Part shown: in pieces, positions 50,901 to 63,200 of the stretch
How positions within the stretch are numbered: position 1 is the stretch's first letter
How the letters are laid out: every line of letters begins with the position of its first letter
DNA from: Klebsormidium nitens
Lineage: Eukaryota > Plantae > Klebsormidiophyceae
NCBI GenBank assembly: GCA_000708835.1
Contig: DF237013.1
Location: 5,071 to 69,070 of the forward strand
Direction of reading: 5' to 3'
Length of the DNA stretch: 64,000 nucleotides
Translations under genes and position numbers: made by a program
The notes under the pieces: model-generated
Seen by the model: the letters and a program-made list of their open reading frames with translations, nothing else
Database searches by the model: none
What the model was told of the DNA's origin: nothing

Positions 50901-53646
50901 CCAGGTTCAAATGAAAATCTCAGGAGAGAGGAGCTCAGCAACACTAGACCCAGATGTATTCGAAGTACTTCGCGGCAGGTTGTTCAGGTCGTTCTCGGAC
51001 TCGTAAGGCGAAGACACGAAGAAGCGATACTCGGTCCGGTATTTTGACAAACGGGCTTGTCCTGGTGCTCAAAGTGGCAAAGCATCTCGGCTTACAGTTG
51101 AGGTCGGCAATTGTCGTTGAGTTCCAAGTCTGGTCCTCTCCACATCTGAAAGGCTTATGTCCTGGGCTTGGTATAACTTAGTTGGTCAAAGTGCCGGTCT
51201 GTGACTGTGAACATGGGTTTAAATCCCGTTATTCGCCAAACCCATATGTGCAGATACGCAGAGTGAAAACGGTACGCTCGATCCCCGGCAACGTCGCGCG
51301 GCGTCTGGATCGGTCCGTTGCATTCTCAACCAGGCTCATCTTGGAGCTTGAGTGTTCAAGCACTCGGCATCGGGCGCTCTGGTCAAACCGGATTCTGCCG
51401 ATTCCAAAGGTCTCCTTTCGCCGTGCAGGCAGCATCGCGCGGTGTCCGCAGCGCAGTCATGCGGCTCGCGCTTCACGTTTACGGGCGGAACGGCAGCACC
51501 TTCATACCCATCCAGATCGCGAAGGCGAAGGAAGATGGCGTTGTACGATACATCGGCGAAGGTGGGGATAACCTTTCTCAGGTCCCGTTTGCGCTTAAAG
51601 AGGGCGTCCCGTGACCCGTAACGCCTGACGTCAGCCGCATACGGTGAAATTCAATCGCACGGAAAGTCTGCCCGCATGACGTGAAATTTGAAAACGGTGT
51701 GAGTTCGACCTGCACGGCGTGCGGAAAAAGGAGTAAAGTTGCTCCGACCGAGTTTCGATCGCTCGTATTCACGGTAAAAGTCGAGCGCCCTTGCCAACTT
51801 TGCTAGGAGTCGATGTGCTTCCGAGCTGGTTTAGAGAAACTCGAGCCGGGACGGTATGTATAGACTGACGCCCTCTTTAAAGAGGATGGTTTGCGTCATC
51901 AAAGAGACGCGCGTTTGAAACCAGCTTCGTTCTACTGTTAGAGTGTATTCGTATGTCTTGCTGAAGTGCCGGCATTTCTCGAATGGTCAGGCAATGTCCG
52001 TTGACTGCGACGTTGTCTTGCTGATCTTAGTATCCTCGACTCTGCGGATGACGCGATCAAGAGCCGCCTCGCTTCCGTTCTTCACCGTGTCGACACGGAG
52101 CTACTCCTTTTCATGCTTCCGGCGAGCCGTTGCGTGGTTAAGTATGAAAGGAGCTCAGCTGAGGCTTTCAATTGTCGAAGCTACTTTGCGGCTGTGCATT
52201 TAGTGGGGTCAGCAAGCCGGACACACCCAACGATTCTCCTGCCTTCACGGGCAGCTCAGCGGTGTTCTGCGTTTCTCCCGTCAGCCTTCAACCCTGCCGC
52301 ACTCAAAGTCAGCCCGGCCGACTGCAGCTCGACGGTCCAGATTCTTGCACAACACATAAGACCTTTGCTGGGGGGGGGGGAAGCTGCGGGAGAAATGCAG
52401 GAAACAAACTGGGCAGAGCCGTCACTTTTTACACTCGCGAAAGGCTGCCAACCTTTAACGCTTTCGCATTAGAAGCGTTGACATCTCCAAGATAAGGTGG
52501 TCACCAGTATGATACGAGTCAATCAGAGGGAGTTTCCAAGATTTGGGGTCCGTTAGGATGCGGACTGGTGGCAAATGCGGTTATGATTCTCAGTTTCGGT
52601 TTCTATCTCATTTTCCTCAAGCTCATCACTCCTACATAAGAAGTGCGAAATACAGGTTGCAAGCTGCTGAGCTTAGACTTCTCACCTGCAGGGTCAAACC
52701 TGACGACCGTGATACACGTGGAGGACGCTGCATCCGCATACGTGTTGGCCGTTGAGAAGCCTTTCACACCAGGTAGGGAAGATTCCCTTTCGCTATCGTC
52801 TCAACGCGCCCTCCCGTTATTCTTGTGCGACCTGGTGTCTGCATCGGTTGACAAAAGCGTTGGTGTGGCGTGGATTGTGACAGAGGAGCTTTTGCTAGTG
52901 GGAACAAGACAGCCTTCAAGCAGCCACGGACCTAGGACGGACCATTCTGTGAAGATTCTGTGAATCTCTTGTTTGAATCTGAGTTGCATGGAGTGAAATT
53001 GAGATCGATCGCTCCGATTCTGGTTCAACCATTCTGCAACCAGAGTCCTTGCGTAAATCTGGAGGCCAAGGTGGCGGAATATGGCTTCGGTCTGTGAACT
53101 CTTTATTTTTCGTTGACGGGCGTCCAAACGAACCCAAACGAATAGGAAGCTTATCAATACTCCTCAAGTCTTACGAGAGAATCAGAAAGCGGGTTCTAAG
53201 ATCTCCTTGGAGAAGCAAAGCTAGACCACCGTCCGAAGAAAAGGGGACGGAACCCAAAAAGCTCCGGCGCCGTACTTGCTTCTTCAATGCAAGTCGATCC
53301 CTGCAGCCTTCTACAGCGGGACGGGCGTTCATTCAACAGAGTCAACAGCCAAGACTTGCTTTCCAATCCATTTGCAGGCACGGTCTTCAACATCGGTGAC
53401 AAATACGACACCCAAGTGACCGGTAAAAAGATCGCCGAGGCGATCGCCGAGCGGCTATCGCTTTCTCGTATTGAGAGCGTGCCCTTCGAAGAGGCGGCCA
53501 AGATTTGGAACCCGACGCTCGCCTGGTTCTTCTCGATCACCAACCGGTACACGTCGGAAGTGGCGGAGAAAGAGCTCGGTTGGAGAGTCCCCGCGGGGCG
53601 GTCCATCTTGAAGGACATTGTGGAGGGCGGTCGGTTGGCATCGTAG
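47975..53646 (+). CDS. NAD(P)-dependent epimerase/dehydratase-like atypical SDR (yeast YLL056C / SDR_a7-like), 7 exons
   Basis: Exons 47975-48005, 48515-48688, 49557-49682, 50291-50400, 51429-51561, 52692-52772, 53378-53646. Rossmann motif KIFLTGAT|GYIG. Other blocks: VLHLAFIHDF, LAGTNKVLVGTS|GSGVY, RVASEQ, IHVEDAASAYVLAVEK, AEKELGW. No YxxxK motif seen. Confidence 0.9.
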
Positions 53647-55565
53647 GAAGATCGGGTCGTGGCTGAGTTGTATACTTCCGAGACTGGAAAGACAGAAACG
53701 AGGAAGTGAGAAAATGGGCCTTTCATCTGTGCTCCGAACGGCAGCCGGAATTCTGCTTTGGGCTTCGCCAAGTTGCTGGAGGCATTCCGAAATCTTAACA
53801 CAACCGAGTTTTCTTGATAGAGGGCATTTACAAAGTGTGCTATTTTGCTATAATGCTCGCTTTGCAGAACCAGATAGCTATCCTGCATGCAGTTTTGAGC
53901 CAAAACGTTGTGCAAGCTAACACGTCAACTGACAGTGTTTGGGATCGATTCGAGTTGAGCATGGACTTTATTGAATAAGTACTAACCAGTCGCGACGAGG
54001 GCCTAAGGGCCTGGCTCCGCAAGTGAAGGTGACAAGATGACACGTGATGCGCGCGTTCCGACGCTTGCATGCGTTGTGCCATAATATAGATTAAAGCGCT
54101 TTGGATTTAAGTTAATGGCGACCCTACGCTTAGAACGATGCAGCCGCTGGCAACGATTCTAAATTGAGCTCCGCAGCAACATACACTCAGCTGCACATGT
54201 GTGCAAGCCATCCGAGTCTTTGCTTGGCTATTTGATTAGTACCTTAGAGGGAGAACATTTAACTACCCACGCGCAGAACCAAGTCGTCCTCGTTCTTACG
54301 AGATCTTTAGCCTAGAGCTTTCTAGGAGTTCAATTAGGGCTACCATAGTGCCGCGGTGCCAAATCGTGCCCACGTGTCCATTCATGCTTCTTAACTAGCC
54401 GGAAGAACATTAGACTCGCGGCCGGATACAGATTTGCCAGATCCTTTGGGCAAGACTACAGTAAGTGGACGGTCCGAAGAGGACAGGGCCCGCGGCTGCT
54501 TTAATGCAAGCTGTAGCTCAATCCTTTGGGCAGCAGCTGGTATAATTTCTGGCATCACTTAAAGTGTCGTCGCTCGGGCACGCACGTGGAATCCATGATC
54601 GATACGCTCTTCATCTCCTATCTTTGGACGCAAGCTAAAAAGCATCTTGTGCTGCCAGAACGCGGCTTGCCTGATGCCCTTGAAAGGGCGAGTCGGACGA
54701 ACCATGGCGCGTAAGAATTCGATTTGAAAGTTTCCATTTTCTGCATCACAAATCACGAGCTACATGTACGTACATGTACGACTCTGCCTAAAGTGCTTCG
54801 CAGGAAATAATCTGGGCAAGAACCGTATCGGGCAGGCGATTGAATGCGAGAAGACAACTTGGCGAGCATGCTTTTGACTCATCGCGTGTCCTCGCAGCAA
54901 GTTGACGTGCATACATGGAAGAAGTACTCCACAACACGCAAGATTCCTCTATCCAGCTGCCATGCTACGGGACCGTCGGCGCTGATCATGAGAAATCGTT
55001 GAATGATAATCGAGGCGTCTAGAGAATGACTAAGATGTCGCTTCACGGTAAGTTTAAGACTAGTGGATTACAATATGGCAAGGATGCTGCAAACCGTACA
55101 AACTGCAAAGCTGGTAGTAGACGAAGCTAGCGAGAGTGTTTAGGTTCACCGCAGGGTTCGTGACTTTATAATGGTTGCAGTTATCCGCGCGCATCCGACA
55201 AAGTTTCGACAGCCAAAATGTTTTGCACTAATAAGCAGCTGGACTGCTCCTGGAGAAGACATTTCCCCTAAGGTTTACTTGCACGCAATTTTACAACGAC
55301 CCGGCTTATTTCGGGTTACACTAACCCGTCCAGTCTTTCTACATTTGACGGTCGACGTGCTGAAACCCACTAAACCAGATTCCTGCGCTAAACAACATGC
55401 CTGCTTATGGGCACCATACGATATCCTCATTTTCGTAGCAGATATGCATATCTACTTCGTCCCGGCCCATCGACTCGCTACGATAATACACCCACGCGTA
55501 CTCCTCCCACTCTAGAACCCGAATCCTGACATGGGCTCCTTTCTCCCGGACCAAGTACCCGGTTC

Positions 55566-58205
55566 TTAAACGCTTGACGCCGGTTCCATCGATTTCTCGG
55601 GATGCCCGGGCTTTCCCCGGAAGGAGCCGTCAGCCTCCAGCTTGGACTCGTAGTTGACGTGGCCCCACGGCATGAAAGGGTCCATCCATTTCGCGTGGCC
55701 GCCGTACAGGGGACACGCGAACAGCCCCGCAATGATGGCGCCGCCAAATTCTGCGCAGATGCAAGCCCAAACTCAGTGGACTCTCCAAGGCGGTACAAGA
55801 GCAACCGACAAGAGCAGATCTCAGAGGGAAATCATCGCTGGTCAGAGTAAATGCCCAAGAGTGTTTGGCGTCAGAATTATCTATTTCTGGAGTTGTAAGG
55901 TTGCTCGAGGACCGTTTCAACGAGGATTGAATGGCCTTTGATTGACTCAAAATTGTCTCGCGAGGTGAGGCCCTGACAAGCGAAGTCCTATCCAACTTTG
56001 TGACACCTGACGGAAAGTAAGGTAACCCACAGAAAACTGCATATGAGCGCCGCTTGTGACTTACAGCATCGCGATCGTGTCCTCCGCTCAGAATGCATTT
56101 TGAATGAACGAAGCCGGAGTAGAAAGTCCAAAGTAAACCTCAAAACCTCCTCCGTCTTGACGAAAGGAGGTTTCTCGTTGCTTCGAGATTATCAAGTACC
56201 GCTTGAACCCCATCTTTCTTGAAGCACGAGAACAGCTCAAAGGTCTCCCTGGGCTCAACTGCCACCAAAAAGCAGCATCCGATTCATACGTCAGTCTGCT
56301 AACAAAGCCTCGAAAACTAACAACGGAAGAACGAAATACGAAGAGAAGCAGCGAAAATACTTACGTCCGAGAATGTAGTAGCCCACTTTATCCCAGTAGC
56401 AGTGGAAGACGCAGGCGGGACCGAGCACACGGACCGGGCTGACACCGCCCCCGGAGAAAGCTGCTGACATAAAGATGACGACCACCAGAGTGAAGCCGGC
56501 AGCGATCGGAGCGACGTTCCCTGAGGACGAACGAAAAGAAGGTTGTTAGTGATGCGGCCAAAACTATATATACAAGTTTGGCGGGGGATTTTGATGACGT
56601 CATTTGGAAGAGAGCAGATTGACGAGGTGACATGAGCAGAGCGATAAAGTCTCGCAAGCGGGCGGAAACAGCTAACTGAGTCCGACAGCTAGGCGAATTT
56701 CGCCCGCGATCTGGACGGAACGAAGTCGTCTGAAAAACAGAACTGTCCCGCCCAGAGCGGTCGAAGCTTCGAAACTCCTCCCAGGCTCAAAAGGCCGTCA
56801 CACGACGGCATCTTCAAAGTGCCCAATAGCGAAACTGGATTACGAGTCCGATGAGCGAATGGTGCCCTCACCAAAGAACCTAGCGGAATTGGAATAGAAG
56901 TCCGGATGAGCAAAAGTTGCCCTCACCGAAAGAGGGGGATCCGATGGCAACGGCGTAAACCACTGAGACGAGGATGAAGGAGTTGAAGAACTCCCAGCCG
57001 AAGAGTTGGCCGTTGGTGGTGGTTGCGCCCGGGGAGAAGCAACCGGGGCCGCTGTCGCCCATGGCAACGCCTGCGCCGGGCACGAGGCCAGCCTGGAAGA
57101 AAGAACCGGGCGAGAATCAGTGGGGGCATTTTGAGGTCGGTGCGAAGTGCAACAATTGTAGTTGGGGAGATCACGTAAGAACCTGAAAACTTGCTATTTC
57201 TTGAAAGATCCTGCCATACGAGCGAGGTTGCGGTCACTGCTGCGCATATGGTGATCAGGAAAGGATGCGCACGAAGAGCTACTTTGCGAGATGCTTAAGT
57301 GCAGATCCCAAAGACGATGGCCTACTTTGTGTTTGTAAAAGGGAAACCGAACCTCCAAATGCGCAACAGAAAGGCGAATGTCCTGGAGAGAAACGCACCA
57401 GTTTAGGAACGAAGCGCCAAGCATCTCAAATCAGTTCAGGCAAAGAGCCATAACCCTGTCAACGCTTACCATGATAAGAGAAGCGAAGATGGCGCCCAGA
57501 AGTTGCGCAAGCATGTAGAGGAGTCCCTTGAGCAGGTCGATATGACCGGTGATCATTGTCGCGATGGTCACGGTGGGGGTGACGTGGCCTCCCGAGATGT
57601 TGGCAATCGCAAAGACTGCAAAGAACGAGGCAAAGTCAGAAACTCTTTGGAGACTCGAGAGAGGGTTTTTCCAAACGACGAGAGGCTGGATTCACTCCTG
57701 ACGGCGGCTGGGATTAGGGACAGCTGATAGCTGTTTGGTGCAGAGAGCAGGCAAGCACGGGCTGGACACCTTTTGTTTTGGAGAGTGGTTGAATAGAAGG
57801 AGTCGAAGCCAAGAAGAGATAAAACGCCAGGCAGTACTGCTCTTTGATTACCAGCTGGTTTCACTAACGCAGTCGTTTAGCAGATTCCTCGGGGCCCGCA
57901 GGACTTTACATAGCATACTCTATGCCTTGAAGAGCATTCCATGAGCCCAGCAGTTTTAGATTGTCTGCAGCAAGAAGCATGATCAAGTTCAGCTTTGATG
58001 ACTTACTGACGATCATCAGTGCCAAGCCGTTGGCGAAAGCTGCCATGACCACATTTGGGGGGGGTGCCAGTGGCCCTGTCGCAACATAGAGCGCTGAACC
58101 CCCCGCAAGGGCAAACACCAGGGACCCAAAGAATTCAGCCAGCACTGCGCTGACATATTTGATGGAGCCAAAGTGAAGGGGAGGGGTCTCAAGAAGGCCC
58201 GGCAT
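55566..58205 (-). CDS. Major intrinsic protein (aquaporin family, algal MIPD-like) with non-canonical NPA boxes, 283 aa, 5 coding exons
   Basis: Exons 58205-58007, 57615-57470, 57092-56927, 56520-56365, 55750-55566 (852 nt). Motifs: AVLAEFFGSLVF, ANISGGHVTPTVT, YMLAQLLGAI, GQLFGWEFFNSFILVSVVYAVAIGSPSFGNVAP, FSGGGVSPVRVLGPACVFHCYW, YILG|QFGGAIIAG. Confidence 0.92.
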
Positions 58206-59349
58206 TTTGGCTGATGGGGTGGCTCACGAATGAGATCTGCAGAGAGGAGAAAGCAGGGCAATGTTAGTTAATGAATCTGGGGCAACGTTTTCTTTCAAAC
58301 AATTGTATTCTAGCATAACCTTCTGTGCTTCTGTCTAGTTGTTGAAGACTTGCAAAGGAAATGTGGAGTGGATCCAATCATACAAGGTGAGCCAAGATCG
58401 ACAATTTGAGAGCTTGACGACAGCTGGCACTAAAGAATGAGAAACGTTTGTTTGCAGGGAAGAATCAATGAGAAGGAAGTTCTAGAGACAGAATAAGAGA
58501 ATGAGGCAATAAGTACCATGCATATTCCCTGACGTTCTTTAAGAGAAGTGCAACTTTGTGGCAGCTCATACAAAAGAACCTCAACTTCATCACACTTTAT
58601 CACTCCCCATCCTCAGTCTCGCAGGTCCCTCCACTGAAGAAGTCTTTACCCCTCCTCAGACTCTGCTCAAAGCTAGCTCACGAAGACAGACGAACATTTT
58701 TGAAAAGGAAGTCCATCAAGTTGCATCGTGCATCGCAGCAATGTTGTGTTTCCATACGTACCTGGCGCTAGCTGGGCCGACGTGTGCGAGGATCACGCAA
58801 GGGCTCTCAACCTGTTTGCAGTGCGGATTTGATTTGGCAGTGTCTCAGCTGCTCACTTCCTCTGTGACGAGTTCAAGAAGCAAAATACCAAAAGTGAAGT
58901 GGAGGTTGGGAGCACGATTGAGCTGACGAAGAATCTTTAGAAGTGGGAAAGAGTAGAAGTGCCAGTTATATACGTACTCATACGTCTTTGCCAAGGAGAT
59001 GCCAAGAGTCGCGTTCAAAGCTAAGAGCTATATATCTGCAGTTTTTGCAGTCTAGCATAGTGTGCTTCCGACTTCCGAGTCCATTATCATGCGACCACGG
59101 GCTAGAATGTGGGACTCAGCTCGTGGACTCAAGAAGAACTTCGTCGCGCGCTCTTCGATAGACCACAGAATTTAATATGTACTGCTTCTATGGGACTTAT
59201 TCAAAGTGGTCCTTCAACCAGCCATAAGCATGAGCCACTTGAGGCACCGAATGCGGCAGCCATTATTACTGCGCCGCTACCGCAGTAATCGATCTCTTTT
59301 CTCGCAAGACTGGCGGGCCAGAAATGGGCCCTCCTATAGACTCTAGTAT

Positions 59350-59890
59350 AGTACGTGGTCTTCCGCCGCTTCTCAGCGACTTCACCCCGGTCATCACCGC
59401 CCCTATCGGTCGCCCCCCGGGCTTGGACTTGGAATTTACATGGTGCACGGGGGCTCATTTTGAGCCAATCAGCGCGTGTGGAGGCCAATTTTGCGGGAGT
59501 CATTTTTGACGTCATGCGTTGTGCACGTGACGTGGCCATTTGCGAGCCCCGTGTTGGCAATCTGCAATGATGGCTTTTCGCCCGGAATTGCGCGGCGGCG
59601 GCGGCGCGCAACGCTGTGCAGTGCATGATGCACTTGAGATATCGCCCCAATATGAGTCTCCATGAAGAGTCCACAGCCCAGCTAGTACCCAGCTACCTAA
59701 CTTACCTACATTAGACTTGTAGGTAGTGGGGGCAGAAATTCTAGATGAGCTTGACACAACTTCGCGGAAGCCAGTTTCCAAATGGAGTTTTATGGACCAC
59801 TTTAACCTAGGCAAACTCGGAAGATTGATCGGCCCGTGACGTCAGAGATCGTGCTGACATCCATGGGGGCCATTCCGGTGCACGTGCTTA
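59350..59890. promoter_or_regulatory. Divergent promoter region between MIP and 1-Cys Prx with clustered ACGT-core (G-box/ABRE/C-box) and CCAAT motifs
   Basis: ACGTGG 59353, CCAAT 59465 and 59485, TGACGTCA 59507, CACGTG 59524, ACGTGGC 59530, TGACGTCA 59837, CACGTG 59881. Function is inferred only. Confidence 0.4.
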
Positions 59891-60294
59891 TGAGGGGCTC
59901 ACGTCCTTTGCAGTACCTACTGCGAGTGCGACGCATTTCCACACAGGTTGAATCACAACTTTCCTTAGCTCAAAAGTGGGCCCTCATCATGTGCCGAACA
60001 ATAGAGCAATCCTAAGAACTCACCCCTAATTTGCATTCCTTCCTTGCGAACCCTACAGACCCGGTCGCAGATCAGCGAATGCAATAAGATAAAGGCTTCT
60101 GCCCCCTTAACCCCAGCCAGATCCTCAGCTACTTAAAGCTCCGTGTCTTTCCGTCATTCTCAAACTTCAACTCGCCGAGCTTCCTTTGCTTTCAAGCATC
60201 CAAAAGCTCCTGCTTCTGTTCTCAGCTCCCAGAACAAGACTCTGTACCCGCCTTGCAACCAGTCAGATTCTTCTTATCTTCAAAGTCAGCAGCA

Positions 60295-63200
60295 ATGGCG
60301 GCAGTCCCTTCCGGAGCTGAGGCTTATGCGAAGCTGTATCCTGAGACGTCCAGCGATGGGGTAAGCCGCAGAAGCTCCAAATGTGCTCCTCGCTGTTGTA
60401 TCCTTGTTTTCATCTGGCGCATCAGTTGGTATTGCACCTCAGTGTGTGGCGTTTGCTGCTCATCTGCTGAAAAGTGGGCAGGTACGATCTGGGTCTAAGC
60501 CTCAATGATGAGAGTGTGAAGGGCTCAGTTTGTGGGGCATCACGAAGGGTGTTTATGCAATTCCAGCAACTCTATATTTAATTCTCTGAGCTTATTGCTG
60601 CTTGTCCTTTGGCGTAGGCAAGTGTGTCTCTCACAAAGTGTCACATGCATCAGTCTCTTCAGCATTGAGATTTTGCAACGAAGTGGGCTGGGGCCTTACG
60701 TCTAGGGGTTCGGAAAAGCTCATCTTTTGCGCTGATCTAAAGTAGAGGAACCCTTGGCATCCTCTCTGAATTGCTAATAAAACGTACCAATTGCTTCCTA
60801 AGAAGACCAAGCACTTCTTGCTTCCGCATTCTGATACTTATGTTCGAGTAAAGGTCACCTCTCCCCTGTGACTCTCTTTCTTTCTGGCACAGGAGTTCAA
60901 TAAGAAATTCCTGAATTGACATGGTCGGTGAAAGAAGATCAACTAATGTGAAATTTTACCCACCTGCAGGTGCTCCGCCTGGGCAACATTGCCCCTGACT
61001 TCTCCGCAGAAACCACCAAGGGCCCCATGCCTAGTTTCCACAAGTGGATCGATGGGCACTGGGCCATCCTCTTCTCTCACCCTGCAGACTTCACCGTGAG
61101 TGTATTTCTCCCGTCCTCTTGGGTTCCTAAAGCTTGAACTCTTCTAAGATATTTCTGAGGCTTCTCCTCAACAAGTCGGTCAAAAAGCAGGAGCACTGTG
61201 CCCGCAATTGCTGATAAAAGTCTGAATGGAGGCGAGTTGCTATAAGGCTGTATATGGGCTATAAGCTTCTTTCGCCTCCCTCGCAAAGAGTCATCAGAGC
61301 AGCCCACTACGATGGTCGAGTCTATTCAACTTTTGGCTCGAGGTGCTGAACCATCATTCAGCATTCCAACTGCATCAGCGGAAGGAAAAATTGCCATAAT
61401 TCTGCACGACTCTCCAAGTGGGCATTCGGTAGGCGAGTATGGAGAGTCATTGGGCACTTTAACGGACTCTTATTTCTGGCCTCTTTTGCAGCCGGTGTGC
61501 ACCACTGAGATCGGCCGGTTGGCCCTCAAGTACGACTACCTCAACTCCATCGGTGTCAAGCTGGCCACCCTCTCCTGCGACCCCGTGAGTCTACCATGCC
61601 TAGTTCTCTGAAGGGACAGCTCTTTTTTATACAAGTTCTCTATTTACAACGACACTTCAAAAAATGTGGATTTTGCTTGGACGAGTGCTCTACCAAAGAT
61701 CGGGCACTTCATTCATCTCGAAGCTTGGGGTGTTGGAAGCGCTAGCCAGAGATAGAGCTAATTCCCTGCACTTCCAAATCTAAAATTCCTGAATAGCCAG
61801 TCTTCGAACAGGAATCTTTAGGGTTCCGCTTCTGCGCCGTCCGGATCGTAGCGAACTTGATTCCAGCTTCAGACTGCCCCAGGATCTCTGCCGTTCGCAA
61901 GTCGCCTCAAGAAGACAGAACCCATCATACGGTCTCGTGTGCAAAGCTATATAGGACTAGATGCTTTCGCGCTCAAATAGTCTCGCACAAAGTTATGATC
62001 TTGCCCTGATTCTGTTTCTGACCATACTTTTCCCCCCCCGAAAACAGGTGAGCAGCCACACCAAGTGGCTGGAGGATGTGGTGGCGCACTGCGAGAACAA
62101 GATCACGATCGACTTCCCCATCATTGCTGACCCCACGCGCGAGATCAGCGTCAAGTACGGCATGCTGGACCCCACCATCAAGGACAAGGAGGGCCTGCCC
62201 CTCACCTGCCGCGCCGTCTTCATCATCGGTGAGAGGAGGTCTCTCGCATCTAGTTGGCCAGTTGACTTCGGAGAAGGTCGTGGGTCTCTGCGCATGTGGT
62301 TGGCGATCCATGTTTTCGAACGTCGTTGGTTCTCGTTAAGATGCTCTCCGGCGTTTCCACAGCAGTATCTTATACCTCCTTTGTACAGGCACGCCCACAG
62401 CAGTATCTTATACCTCCTTTGTACAGGCACGCAGACAGTGACTCGGGTCTAGCAAACAGTTTGTAAATACAGGACGCCATTTGAGTTCGTGTCTCTGCTC
62501 GGGCAAGGTTTCAAAAATCGTCGTCCTTTTCTCATCTTCCATTGCCGATCCGCAACGTGCTTGGAAAGTTAGAAACCTTTGCTTCGTCTTCAAAGCGACC
62601 GCTCCGTCCGTTCTCTGAAATGTCAAGACAAGTCACCGAAGCAAAGCTCGCTCCCCTCTGACTTCCCTGACAGAGCCACAGGCATCCTCGCTCGACGCAC
62701 TCTGAGTCCCTTCTCTTTTCTTTGCAGGCCCCGACAAGAAGCTGAAGCTGTCTCTGAACTACCCCGCTTCCGTCGGCCGCAACATGGACGAGATTGTGCG
62801 AGTGACGGACGCCCTCATGCTCTCCGCCAAGCACTCCATCGTAAGTCCCTCCTACCTGCTCCTTAGAAAGAAAGTCGGGTGCTGGCGGAGTTGCTGAAAG
62901 TGTTAGCGAGGGCCACCGTTCGAAAAGCTGCCGTGAAAGCGTGACTCTTTCTCGGTTGAAGGGCCGTACAAGAAACGCCGACATCAGCGCTCTTACAAAG
63001 TAGTACCCACTTGAAATGTCGACCTCGTGTGGGTTCGGGGTCGCAAAGATGGAAAGACCGATAGCGTGCACGCTTTGGCTTTCGAGCGCAGCACGTTCGT
63101 GGAGTCCCGTCACGGAAGATCGCTGACAGTCCCCTTTTGCCCCCGCTCTGGCTCCTCTGCGCCGTACTGCTCCCATCCGCGTCCTCGTTGCTTCCATGAC

